Source: Marsupella aquatica (lineage: Eukaryota > Plantae > Marchantiophyta). Taken from it: a stretch of DNA of 64,000 bases. The stretch's first letter is position 1. Each line of letters begins with the position of its first letter. The translations under genes and the position numbers were made by a program. Positions 1 to 11,900 of this stretch are shown here, in pieces. The notes beneath the pieces are model-generated. The model had not been told where the DNA came from. It saw only the letters and a program-made list of their open reading frames with translations, and did not search any database. The stretch is from contig OZ316899.1 of NCBI GenBank assembly GCA_973895155.1, forward strand, positions 4,033,241 to 4,097,240, given 5' to 3'.

Positions 1-111
1 TACTTGAATGAGGTTAGTTACTTTATTGTGGATTTAAGGTTTATTTGGGACTTTTATATTTTCAAGAAGATTCACATTATATGACATTTAGGCCTGGAAG
101 TATTTACATAT

Positions 112-275
112 TGTTATAACCCTAGTTAGACCTAGTATAACCCAGGGTTATGTCTACTCTACCAGGGGCAGGAATAACTGCCTAACTACCAAGTCCTTAG
201 GGACACACTATGTAACACCTCGAAGATGGAATGGAAGGATTGATTCTATGGAGAACACAACACGTTATCAGCACG
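112..275 (+). mobile_element. Short copia-type LTR (112-262) plus PBS (263-275); rest of element not found
   Basis: TGTTATAAC...ACAACA followed directly by CGTTATCAGCACG, the same PBS motif seen at 9151 and 18282. No partner LTR seen. Confidence 0.55.
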
Positions 276-417
276 ATGTGCTCCACACATTTTTTTCTTC
301 CTCCCGATCAATTCGTCAGCCAAAGGGACAGCGGACAACATTTCTCTTTCTGATCCACAATTCGGACGATCCACAATTCGGACGATCAGAAGTAGCAATC
401 CAACAAATTATTATGAA

Positions 418-3400
418 TGTGGTGCGTCCCCTGCCTCCCCAAACCCAAGAAACCCCCTTGGTCAAGCCGATTCCCGCAGGTTTCGTCCTTGGCGAGGCCG
501 TTTCCGCGGTTTAGCGGCATGGGACGTTGCTAATCTATTATCAACATTTTACACACATATACAGGACAGATCCTTCATCGGGTCATAAGATACTTAGCCG
601 GCCTATTCTAGTCCCTCCCTTGTATTCCTCTCCTGGTCCTCCATTAGGTATGTTTGGATTCCGCCACCGGAATGATCCCCAATTGGCTTGGTTAAGCCGC
701 TAAGAACTCTCTCAGCTCGACACATCCAACTCTCACTCCCCTGCTTACTTCTATTCCTCTATTAGTTGATGTGGGCACTCTTCACACAAGTTAATGCGAC
801 ACACAAATAGCAAAATGACTCCTTCTGACTGAGTTATACCATGCACTTGCCATACAAACAGTACATCTCATACACAAGCTCTGCGAACTAAGCCGTGAGG
901 CCAACTCTATTCAGTTCTTAAGTATGAGGAAACATGAATATATACAAGGGTCACTGTATAACTAACCGAGAGCTTCTCTTACTACTTGATCCCAGCCCTG
1001 CTGGTGCAACTAAAAACTTGCTAAAGAAGAGGCCCTGAACTCCCCGCAGCCCAGGTACTTATCCTGGTTGTGGATCCGCCTAATTCCTTGCAGCGTAAGC
1101 CTAAACTACCTATTGTAATCTACCTAACTATAATCTACCTAAGTATAGCGAGGCAGGAGCACAAGTGTCGTCCACACCCGTGGATCCAAAATCCCACTAA
1201 TCTAAGTGTCAGGGCCGTCTCCTGATCCTGATCCTAAGTCTAAACTTGGAGATCAGCGCCCGCCCTGCCCACTCACGCCTCCTACCTCCACGTCCGCCCT
1301 CCCTAAAAGGGACGGCGCCCTTACACCGTCACGACACCGGTGGCTGGTCCTCAATGGACGCCCCCAACGCTTCCTCTATAGCCACTGCCATTGGTCCGTC
1401 CTCTGACAGATTACCTGCCCCTGATCGAGTCAACTCTTCATCGGCCTGACTGGGTCCACCCTCGGCTTCGGCCTTTAGCATTGGTCACGGCCTCTGCTAC
1501 GGCTACGGCCTCCCCGGCATGTTCTAGTGAAGGACCTGGTATCTCGGCAGCATTACTGGTTCTCCCGTCTTCGGCCTTGCCATCTTCACTTCCTAGGACT
1601 GGTGGATCCACTACCGTGCCGATGCCGGAGGTTGGTGCCGGGTTTATCTTCTCGGTCACAATCGCTTGAGAAGCCGTATAACTCCCAGACCTAGAAGGTT
1701 TCCGCTTCTTCTTCTTCCCTATTTCGACAGCCGGTTCCTTCCCCTTGCCACTTACCTCCAACACCGGGGTGAGTGTTATGGCTTGTCCTTCGGCCAATAC
1801 TACCCCTGGTAATTGGGTTCCACCAATTGGAGTTGGACCTGATGAAGCCAAGCATTTAAATACTGCGGCTTGTGTCTTCAGCCGCTCCGTTTGGTTGTCG
1901 GCCCGCCGCTGTAGGTTCTCCATCTTCCTCGTGATTTCCTCCAACTCCTCCTGGGTCTCGTCCAGGTCCTTGCGCGCCTCCTCCGCTCCTTATTGGCTTC
2001 CCCCAATTCTCTTTTCAAGGTAGCCCTCTCCTCTTGGGTTGCTCTTAGCTCCCTGTCGAGCTCTACGACGACCACAGACTCCATCTTATTCATCTTGGCA
2101 TAAGTCTGGTCGAGCTGGTCGTCCTTTTCATGCAGGTCGGCCTTGAAGCTGGCCGTCAGGGATGCAAGCTCCTGCTGCAGCGCAATAATCCCTTGATAGG
2201 ATTTCCCTAACTCTGCTTCCTTATGCTCAAGAGCTCCGCGGATATCTTCGAGCTCTCCTTTCAATGCCCTCTCCCTTCTCTGGTTCTCCGCCATGGCCCG
2301 ATTGTTGGTTGCTAAGTGGGCTTCCTCTGCATCCCTTAGCTCCCACTTCCATTTCTCTCTCTCCTTGACTGCGCCGACCAACTCTCCTTGGGTCCGAGTC
2401 AGTTTATCTTTGATAATCTGATTGTCAGACTGAGCGGTATCCAACTGCCCCTGCATGATGTTTAGCTCATGCCGCTTAATCCGCAACTCATCTTGGGCTT
2501 TCTTGGCCGCCTGCAGGTCTTCCACCTCGGCTTCCTTCTCCCTAAGCCGTCGGATGACCTCATCCTTCTTGCTTCTCTCCAAAGCCACCGCTTCTTCTAA
2601 TCGGTGCTTTTCCAACATCTCCCTCTGGAAAAAGGGTCCCTACTCCAACTCCTCCCCAAAGATGCTGAGCGCCAGGTCCCCACACATCTCCCCGTACTCC
2701 ATGGCTCTATCCTTAGCATAGGTGGAGTAACTAGAAGTCATCGGCATCAACCACCGCGGCCTCTGCTCCCAAGCCGTCTTGCGGATTTCTTCTACGGTGG
2801 CAAGAGGGTTGCTTCTTTTCTTGGCAAGCCGCTTGATGTCCTCCGGCCAATCTCCTCCTGGTAAATCCTTCTCCCTAGCCAGGGCTGCTCTCTCTTCCTC
2901 CCTAAGTCGCTCCTGGAATTCTTGTGCCGTCTGCTTTATGCCATCAAAGCTCGGGGGAGCAACCTCTGGTGGGGGAGACTCGGGGTTACTCTGCTGGGTG
3001 GGGTCCCCTCGAACTACTCTTGGAAGTGTGGGGATGAATCGGCCACAGGTCCTTACTCTTGGAACATGATGATCCGACCCATAGCCGGAGTTATCATTGC
3101 TGTAGTCTTCCATTGCCTCCTCCACTACTTGGACTCCCGGCTCCTCTGCCTCTGATTCGGGGCTTGAGGCTCCCACGTACATTCGCACTCCCGGCTTGTG
3201 TTCCGGCCTTAATCTCTCCTTGGTTCCGGTAAAGGGTCTTCCCTTCTGAGTCGGCTTAGGTCGACTTATGGGGCAGCGTCCTGTGCCGTTGCCGGAACTG
3301 TTCTCTTTTCCTTCTCCAGTAATTTCAGCAGTTTTTGCATGCCTGGTTGCTGCATCGGCAAGTCTTCTTTCCTTGGCCTAAACACCTGCTCGATCGTTGG

Positions 3401-5018
3401 ACTGTCGGGCTGGTTGGGCTTCTCTGGTGCCGGCCTCTGCTCCGGGACCTCCCCCGGTGCCCTTGCCGATAGGGGAAGTATTGGGGCAAAGATTTGACTT
3501 CTGGCATACCGGCACAACAGCGGCATGTGATAGCCAAGCCGGGACACGCTTCCCACGCCGATCACCTGCTGTTCCTCCTTCAAGATCTTCTTCAGTTGGT
3601 TGAGGAGGAACCCGTTGTAATCCCGGCTTGGGTCTGGCCTTTCTGCCAGGTAGACCTGAGCCTTGCCGATCTCTGCCCTCGGCAAGTTACAGTGCATGGT
3701 CACTCGCAAGAAATCAATCATCTCTCCGATGTGCGGGTTGGTGCAGGTGTTCCGGAAGAAGCCATTCTTCGTTGATGGTCCTGGAAATGACCGAAACTCC
3801 TTGTCAGGTAAGGTCTTCCTGGTATCAACCTTGGTCTTATTACCCATCGGCAAGCCAAACACTTCAGCAATCACCCGGGGAGTGAGATAGAAATCCTTCC
3901 CATACACCCTCGTGGAATTGGTCTCGGGTTCCCATGATCCCACGAATTCTAACAAGTCTGAGTCCGGCACCTCCGGCTTCAGCCAGGGTAATCTTACGAA
4001 GGCTTCCAAGCCGGATCCGGCCATGAAGCCTTGGTACTTCTTGGTCTGCATGGCCGTAAAGCATGCATCCTCCTCCCGTGCAAAGTGTAATTGCACTTCC
4101 TCCGGTAGGGTCGCCGCCCAGCCTTTCCAAGTGTCATCGTTTGTTGGAATGGCATTGATGGGATCAACCTCTTCCTCATCGGCTTCTCCCCTTGTCCTGC
4201 TCGACTGCTCTGCTGGCTTCCTAGGTGCCGCCAACCTTGTTCTTTTTTCCAGGGTGGCCTTGTCATTGTTGTTTCCTTTCCTCTTCATCTCGGCTGCTGT
4301 GGATGTTTCTCCTAGCAAGATTGCCTTCGTCCACCCCTTCGTGTTACCCTTCAACTCCCAGTGTAGGTCGTTGCAGCGATTGATGGCTTCCCGGATGCCG
4401 ACAATTCTGTTTTCGCAAAACAAAAGGTCGTCGAGCTGATTGGCAGTAGGAGTCCACAAGAACTCGGCCTTGATAAGTTCTCCTCCTAAGAAAGCCGTCT
4501 TCTGCAGTTCCCAGAGCCGAGTGAGCTCCTGCCGTTCTCGAGCTGCTCTCTCCAATTCTTCATCCTCGTAAGTCCTGACGTACTCACCTGCCCGTTCGTA
4601 CAGGCATCCCCAAAAATATGCCGCTTGATTGACGTTGCTCATACCCTCCTTGATCGATCGTTGGTATCTGTTCCCACCCCGAGTGCTTGTCTAAGTAGTT
4701 GACAGCATTTGGCCTCCCGTAGTCGTCTGCCCAGTTCATTCTTGCAAATGAGCCACTATTCCTCGCAAGCGGTTCTTACCCCTCTCCTCCTCTGGTCCCT
4801 CCTCCCGTTGGTCACCCCTAGCTGCCGACGCTTAGCGCACCCTAACCCTAATCGTGTTCTCTCCCCCGGCATCCTTACTTCCGGCCTCGGCCCGGGTTCC
4901 ATAGTCACCCTTAATTGTTTATATTTTCCTTGTTTTTGGTCCTATACTAAGGTGTTTCCAGGGTACACTCCTGCTTACCATGTAAACCGGGCTTAGTGAT
5001 TCCTGGCTAGGCATCACA
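418..5018 (-). mobile_element. ORF-bearing TG...CA unit, family F1 (4601 bp); giant solo LTR or LTR-less unit
   Basis: Ends TGTGGTGCG...GGCATCACA; perfect 5-bp TSD ATGAA (413-417 / 5019-5023). Termini and ORFs are homologous to 57562-62148. Confidence 0.85.
1438..4642 (-). pseudogene. Disrupted large ORF of the F1 unit (retroelement accessory-type domain plus C-terminal coiled coil)
   Basis: ORF pieces 3266-4642, 2640-3188, 1878-2618 and 1438-1944 are collinear with the homologous pieces at 58467-61878. In-frame TAG at ELE*GPF where the second copy reads ELESGPF. Confidence 0.7.
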
Positions 5019-5172
5019 ATGAACCTTTTTAACCATCCCCATGATGGTCTTACTAAGCCGACATATATATATACAATAAATAATAAAAAGCTAAAATAAT
5101 TAATAAGTATCAGGACTACTTGTTTCCCTCCAGGGATGCTAGATATGTGTTTGCGCTCAATGTGTTTAGTAT

Positions 5173-6710
5173 TGTTGCACAATCGAGCGACAGATCACTT
5201 GTGCATGAGCAGAGAATCTACAACACTTTCACAGTCAACAGTTTAATCAAAGAAGGATCCGACGGTCATAAACAAATTGGGCTTTAATTAAGCAAGGGTT
5301 TAGGGTTTAATGCATCAGTGCGCCTTGGATTCCATTTGCGTGGAGCCGTTACTCAATTTTCCCATAGCGTCCTCACAAAAATGGAGATCGAGCATTTTGT
5401 CACTGAGTAGGAATGTGCATCAACTGTGGGTAATGTGAGTGACTTGCAAGAAGAGCGAGGGATTGTGAGTGAGGAGCAAGCTTACCTAGGAGAGCAAGGG
5501 ATAAGTTTCTACTATTGAGTTTGTTAATGTTGATCAATCCAGTGAGAGTGTGCGGCTAGTCGATCCAATGAGACTGATAGTGTTGCGGTATCGTTTGGCT
5601 TTCTATGCTGATCTGTTTGGGGAGCAAACAACACACTCTCACCATTTTGAAGCCTTGTGGTGATTGCTATTGGTCTCATCATTTTTTGCTACGGTGTGAA
5701 GCTAAGGCGACTGAGCTGCACTGACAATAGTTTTAGTTGCAAGTGGTGGGCTGCGTTGTACTGATGCTGTTCATGAACTGAGAGGGAGCCCAAGTTTGTA
5801 ACCGAGCTGAACTGAACTGCTGAGTTTAGTTTATACTCATTGATCAAGTTGTGAAGCTGCATGTCGTTGGGACCTCATTTGAGCTGGCCAAGTGAGCTGA
5901 GCTCAAGAGCTACGACTTTGAGTGGGGTCACGTGACCGGGACCTGCTCATATAGCTAGAAGGGAGCTTGAACCTCATAATGTAGTGAGGATCAAGGTGGA
6001 TCTCTCCTAACGTGTAGACTGAAGATGCAAGATGAGTGAGCGGTGGTGTTGATCGACTCAATGTACGTTAGGGTCAAGTGAGCTCCAATGCTTGGTGAAC
6101 CGATTGGAAGGCCATAGTGACTGGGGGTCCTCATTGATTGAACGGAGGATGAACCTGAATGAGCTAAGCTGCTGATCGAGTGAGGTGTTGAGCAAACAAA
6201 GCTGCAATCAATGTCTGTGTACAGCTGATTGACTTAGCAGGAGCTGCAATCCCGCAACGTCACCGCTACTGCAAGGTTTTGGCTGCATGAATTTGTCTGA
6301 GTTTGAGCGATGTGCTACTATGACATCTACTTGCAAGTTCACTTCCTCCTTGGTATTTGAGCTACCAATACCGTTCAGTCTCTTCTATTCTCTACATTTC
6401 TCTTCTACCGGCTCGTCTGAACAAGTTCCAAAATCATGAGAAATGAACCTCTCATTGAAGTTTATGAAAAACAAATTTGTTTCAAATTAGCTCCTTCGGC
6501 TATAGTCGCACCTTATTCCTTTCTTGAAGCATATTGAATAGCAGCTCCACGTATCTAATCTACGATAGGAGCACTTTTGTGTGGACTTTATTCTTGTCTA
6601 GAAGCAAGGGGTTCAGGTCTTGCTCACAGTCCTAGCGAGCTGCATTATTTATTGTTTCTAGAGAATATTCTTTGTGAATTTTGACACTGAGCGCATTTGT
6701 CCTCCGCACG
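5173..6710. repeat. Probable LTR-like or repeat-derived non-coding DNA, boundaries unresolved
   Basis: Starts TGTTGCAC, no ORFs, repetitive GAGCTG-type words. No TSD found. Confidence 0.25.
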
Positions 6711-6714
6711 TTGC

Positions 6715-7910
6715 TTAGTTCTTCTCCCTTGTGGAGACTCAAATCCTAGTGTCCTTCTTGTCTTTACGATGGGACCAACTGAATAATTCCTTGATCCTAA
6801 CAATAATCAGTCGGAAGGGCGGAAGCATTGTATAGAATCATATATGCTGAAAATAAGAAATCAGAAAGAATGCAGCTCAATAGTTGATAAAGACCTGTCC
6901 TAATTTGGCCTATAGTACACTAATTATATAGTCCAGCTCCTGCCACAAGTTTTGTTTGAATCTTGTCTTTCTGTAGAATGTCTTTTGTGCTATTTGTGGT
7001 TGTTGTCGTAGCTACACTTTGTATCTCATTGCGCAAGTAGGGTATTTTGTCCACTCCGCTTTGATTCTTTGAGCCTGTGGGGCCTATTGGGACATTGAGA
7101 AGAATGTCCCTTTCTGTAGATTTTCTCTGTCAGCCGCCACCATCTATTGAGCTCTTAGTTTGAAAAAACTTTGCTTACAATGATGCCACCTGCACCACTG
7201 TACGTAGCTCCCTGGACTTTGTCAAAAGGGTGATGAAGCAATGACATTGTTTTATAGATATCAGACAAGGTGAAAAATATAGTAAAGAACTTTCCTCACC
7301 CATGGCTGAAAAGGTCTCTTGTATATCAGACAGATCTAGAAATAAGCCAAAACATCATTTACTTTTCATTTTGCTATTATCTTATGTATTCATTAGGACT
7401 TTGTGCTCATTGTATATAGCCTTCTCACCTCTTAGGACATCAGTTTGTATTTACTTTTAATTTTCTATTTATAGAATAATACTTCTCTTCAGATTTTGCG
7501 TTGAGTGATCCATTTGTCTGTCCATCTGTAGTCTGAACTTTGCTTAGTTCTTCTCTATTTTTGAGACTAAATCCTACTGTCCTTCTTGCTGTATGGTGGG
7601 GCCATCTAAATAATTCCATGATCCACACTATCAGCGTCACGAGGTTTGACAGCATTTTTTAACATAGACTGAAAATAATTTTTAGAACGAGGTTAAGTCT
7701 GGCTGGAAATGTAAGAGGCAAACTAAACCAATTTTGGAGTAATTTGTAATATGGTACAAACCATGCCACAATAGTGGGGTAACTTCTCTTTCTGTACAAC
7801 ATTGTGCTGAGTTAGGTAATTCTTGTAGCTAGTTTTTGCAGTTCAATAGGCTAGTGCTTTTTTGTGCTCCATGCTCCTTTAATTCTGTGATTTGGTGGGG
7901 CCTATTAGGA
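6715..7910 (-). repeat. Diverged direct duplication (about 6715-7100 vs 7545-7910), possibly decayed LRR-like coding sequence
   Basis: TTAGTTCTTCTC...AAATCCTA(G/C)TGTCCTTCTTG...AATAATTCC...GGGGCCTATT(G/A)GGAC recurs in both copies. Minus-strand translations are related (IKELFSW / IMELFRW...EELSK). Confidence 0.4.
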
Positions 7911-8958
7911 CTAGGCTACATTTCTTTTTATTTTTTAAATGCAGAGTTCATTATCTACTTGCAACCTATAGCTCACATTAAATACATGTTTTATGCCTTT
8001 GTATGCGGTGAGATACATTAAATGTGCTTACTTTTTTTATGCACTCACTTTCAAAGTCCTTGTCGTCTCTATTAATGGTAGACGTATGGAGGTATGAATT
8101 TGGCAGCGGAGTCAAAGTTTCTCTTGTTTGTATGCAACAGTCTGAACCTCTAGTAGCTTTTTTATTTGTATAGTTTAAATTGACATAAAATGTTGAAAAG
8201 TGATTTCCCTGTACTTGTGTTAAAATCAGAGAGCATCCTTCAAATTCACATGTTTGTAATACATTTTAAGGTCTCGACTAGAAGGTAGTTTTCTTCTAGT
8301 GACAGCGTGCTTGTGATCTGAATAACCTAAATTGTTTGCATGGACATTAGTTAGGGGAAATTTGTGTGATAAAGTAATTGTCAAGCAAGAGAGATATATG
8401 GATGAATGGATGGTCAACTTGGTTGCATTGTCTTACAGTGTGACCATAGATGACATGTGTTTGTCGTCCAGTAGGATGGAATAAAGTGACACACAGAAGG
8501 GAAGCCATGGAAAGTCGAGCATACGTGAATTGTTTGTAGGCCAATTGCATCCATGAAACTGGGTTATGTTTCATTGTCCCTATTTGGTTGTGGATGTTGT
8601 GCAAAAGCTATGGGGGAAAAGGGTGATGACATGGAGTCAGACATAGGGCTTGGACAGTGGGGTGAAGAGAACGGATTAGATGTGGATGAAGACATGAATA
8701 CAGGGGGCTCACAGAAGAATGAATCTATACAGGATGCATAGGGCCCACATCAAGTGCCAGGTTGGTAAGTAGCTGAAGAAAAATCACATAATCAATACCC
8801 TAGAAGGAGCCAGAGTAATTGACAAGGGATGCCTGGTGATAGGTAGTATGATGATGACTGTGATCCACCTCAGGATGTAATTGCAGATGCAATGGGAACT
8901 CTTGAGCTCTGACCATCAGAGTAGGTTTGTTTTCCATAGTGAGTGGGAATGTAGATAG

Positions 8959-11900
8959 TGTTGTAATACAAATATTATCCCAAACACAGTGGATAGGGAG
9001 ACCTGAAAGGGTACGAATTAGTAGAAGGGAGATGAATAGGATCATAACTACCCTAACTAACATTGTATATATATGACCATGAATTGGTCATACTTTAATT
9101 GGAGTTGTTGATGGATTGATTGAGATCTTGATAGAATTAATGTCACAACACGTTATCAGCACCTGATGCCTCAGATTTTTCTCGAGCTAAAAGAGACCAG
9201 ACGCGTTGAACTCTGATAATTTCAATACACACCTATCCTCTGAAAGACAAACAATCGGGACGACAGACAATTTCTTCTGAATCCCCCGAGCCACTTTATT
9301 ATACATGGAGAAATTACAATTCCCAGTATTGAAGATCGATGGATCAAATTTCCTATCCTGGTCACAAAACGCCGAGATCGTCCTCAATGCGAAGGGACTC
9401 GGGGACATAATAATTGCAGATCACCATGGAAACCTACAGACCAAGGCTCAAGCCATATTCATCCTTAGACATCACCTAGACCAAGACTTACAGGCCCAAT
9501 ATCTCAACAAATACAATCCGAGGGCGCTATGGGATGCACTCAAGCGGAGATACGACCACCTCCGACTGATTTCCCTACCGGCAACACAAAACGATTGGAT
9601 ACACCTCCGAGTCCTCGATCACCCAACAATAGCAAGCTACAACAGCGCACTATTCCGGATCACCTCCCAATTGAAGGTATGCGGACAACAAATCTCGGAA
9701 GCCGACCAGATAGAGAAGACGTTGTCGACCTTCCCTGCAGCAAACATGACATTAGCCCAACAGTATCGACAGATGCACTTCACCGAATACTCAGACCTCA
9801 TTGCCGTAATGCTCCTGGCAGAGAAGAACGACCTACTCTTGATGCAAAACTCTAAAACGAGACCACCAGGAACTATCCCGAAACTGGAAATACAATATAA
9901 CTCCACAAAAGCGGCCGACACATTCAAAGGCAAGGGACGATTCCAGGGACACCACGCCAAACAATACCCACGATATACGAAGACCAGATTCCAGAGAGGA
10001 CGATATAACAAACCCCCGATGACACAATCTCCACGAAGGAAGACCTCTTGGCAACGAGACCCCCAGAAACCACCCATCCAATGCTTTCAATGCGGCGGCC
10101 CCGGACATATCAAGCGCGACTGCCGAGCCCAACCACACTTAGTCAAATTATATCAGGCAAGCTTGCCCACAGCGCAAACAATGATGATAGCAAACTACCT
10201 AGAAATCGATGCAGACCTCAGCAAGTATGTGAACTCTGAGCCACCCCCAGAGATACATCTCGCCACAGATGAGAAATTGGCCCCCTCCCTCTCTGACGAC
10301 AACATATGTATCCTGGACAGTGGCACATCACATACTATATTAAGAGACAAACGTTACTTCCAAAAGATATCACCATCGAATCGGCTAGTGACGACCATAA
10401 TGGGAACCAACAACTTAGAGGAAGGCCACGGCCCTGCAAGAATTCTACTCCCAAACAAAACACTGATCAACATACATTCTGCAATATACACACCCAACGC
10501 GACCAGGAACCTATTGAGTTTTCAAGACGTCCACGAAAATGGCTACCAGATTCGCTCAACTTCAGGCCCAAATAATAACTCACTACAGATACTAACAGAA
10601 ACTGGCGAAGACCCAATTATACATGAATCATTACCATACCACCCACCAGGACTATATGCCACCCCGATACACACATACAAGGTGGAAGCAGAGACACCCA
10701 CAATTACTGAGCTGTGGCACCGTCGCCTGGGCCACCCAGGCACCTCAATGTACCATCGAATTCTCAAGGACACCCGCGGAATACCCCATACGGTAAAGCC
10801 CACATCTATGAAGGAAATCTGCCCAGCATGCGCACAAGGAAAACTCCAGATCAGACCATCAGCCTTGAAGACAGTACACAGGATCCCGGCGTTCCTCGAA
10901 CAACTGAACATTGACGGATGTGGCCCCATCGACCCCCCAAGTGGACCCTTTCGATTCTTTTTAGTGATGATCTGCTCCTCAACAAAATGGTCCCAAGTAT
11001 CACTTATCTCAACCCGTAACTTGGTCCTGGCGCGCCCACTTACTCAGATCCTCAGGCTGAGAGCGCAATTCCCGAACTCACCCATTCGCACAATCCGGAT
11101 AGATAACGCCGGCGAGTTTACATCCCCGGCCTTCGACGATATCTGCACTACACTAGGTATAATAGTCCAATACTCAGTGGCTTACGTCCACTTTCAGAAC
11201 GGCACGGCATAATCATTCATTAAAAGCATACAAATGATCTCGAGACCAATGCTTATGCAGACAAAACTTCCATTACCTCCATTACAGCTTGGGGACACGC
11301 CGTCCTGCATGGAGCGGAACTACTGAAATTCAGACCGTCAACATTTAATTCATATTCACCATACCACATGGCATACGGAACCATCCCAGATGTATCACAC
11401 CTTAAGACATTCGGATGCTTAGTAATGGTTCCTATACTAGGCCCCAAGAGGACGAAGATGGGACCACAGCGCCAGAACGGTATATACGTTGGATTTGATT
11501 CCCCCTCGATAATAAGATATCTAGAACCAACGACTGTGGACATATTCCGAGCAAGATACAATGACTGTCAATTCCGCGAGGAGATATTCCCTACATTGAG
11601 CACCACCGACATACAAGACATACTCGAGCCTACCCAACTAAAGTGGCAAACTACGGACCAGTTTTGGAATGACCCCAGGACCAAATTAGCCAATGATGAA
11701 GTAAAACGCATATTACACCTGCATCAAATGATGGAGAAATTACCCGACGCCTTCAATGACGCCGCGAATGTAACCAAATCCCACATAGAGGCAGCAAATA
11801 CCCCTGCCCGGATCTCCATCAACGAACGGCCACACACAGTCAGTGAAGCACGAAAACGAGACGATTGGCCCCTATGGGAAAAAGCCATAAATTCAGAAAT

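Noticed and set aside
352-387. 16-bp tandem duplication GATCCACAATTCGGAC
   Set aside because: Only about 2.25 units with no spacers; ordinary slippage, not a CRISPR-like array.
5040-5068. Alternative F1 right end at 5063 (...AAGCCGACA)
   Set aside because: The end at 5018 gives a perfect TSD and matches the terminus of the second F1 copy.
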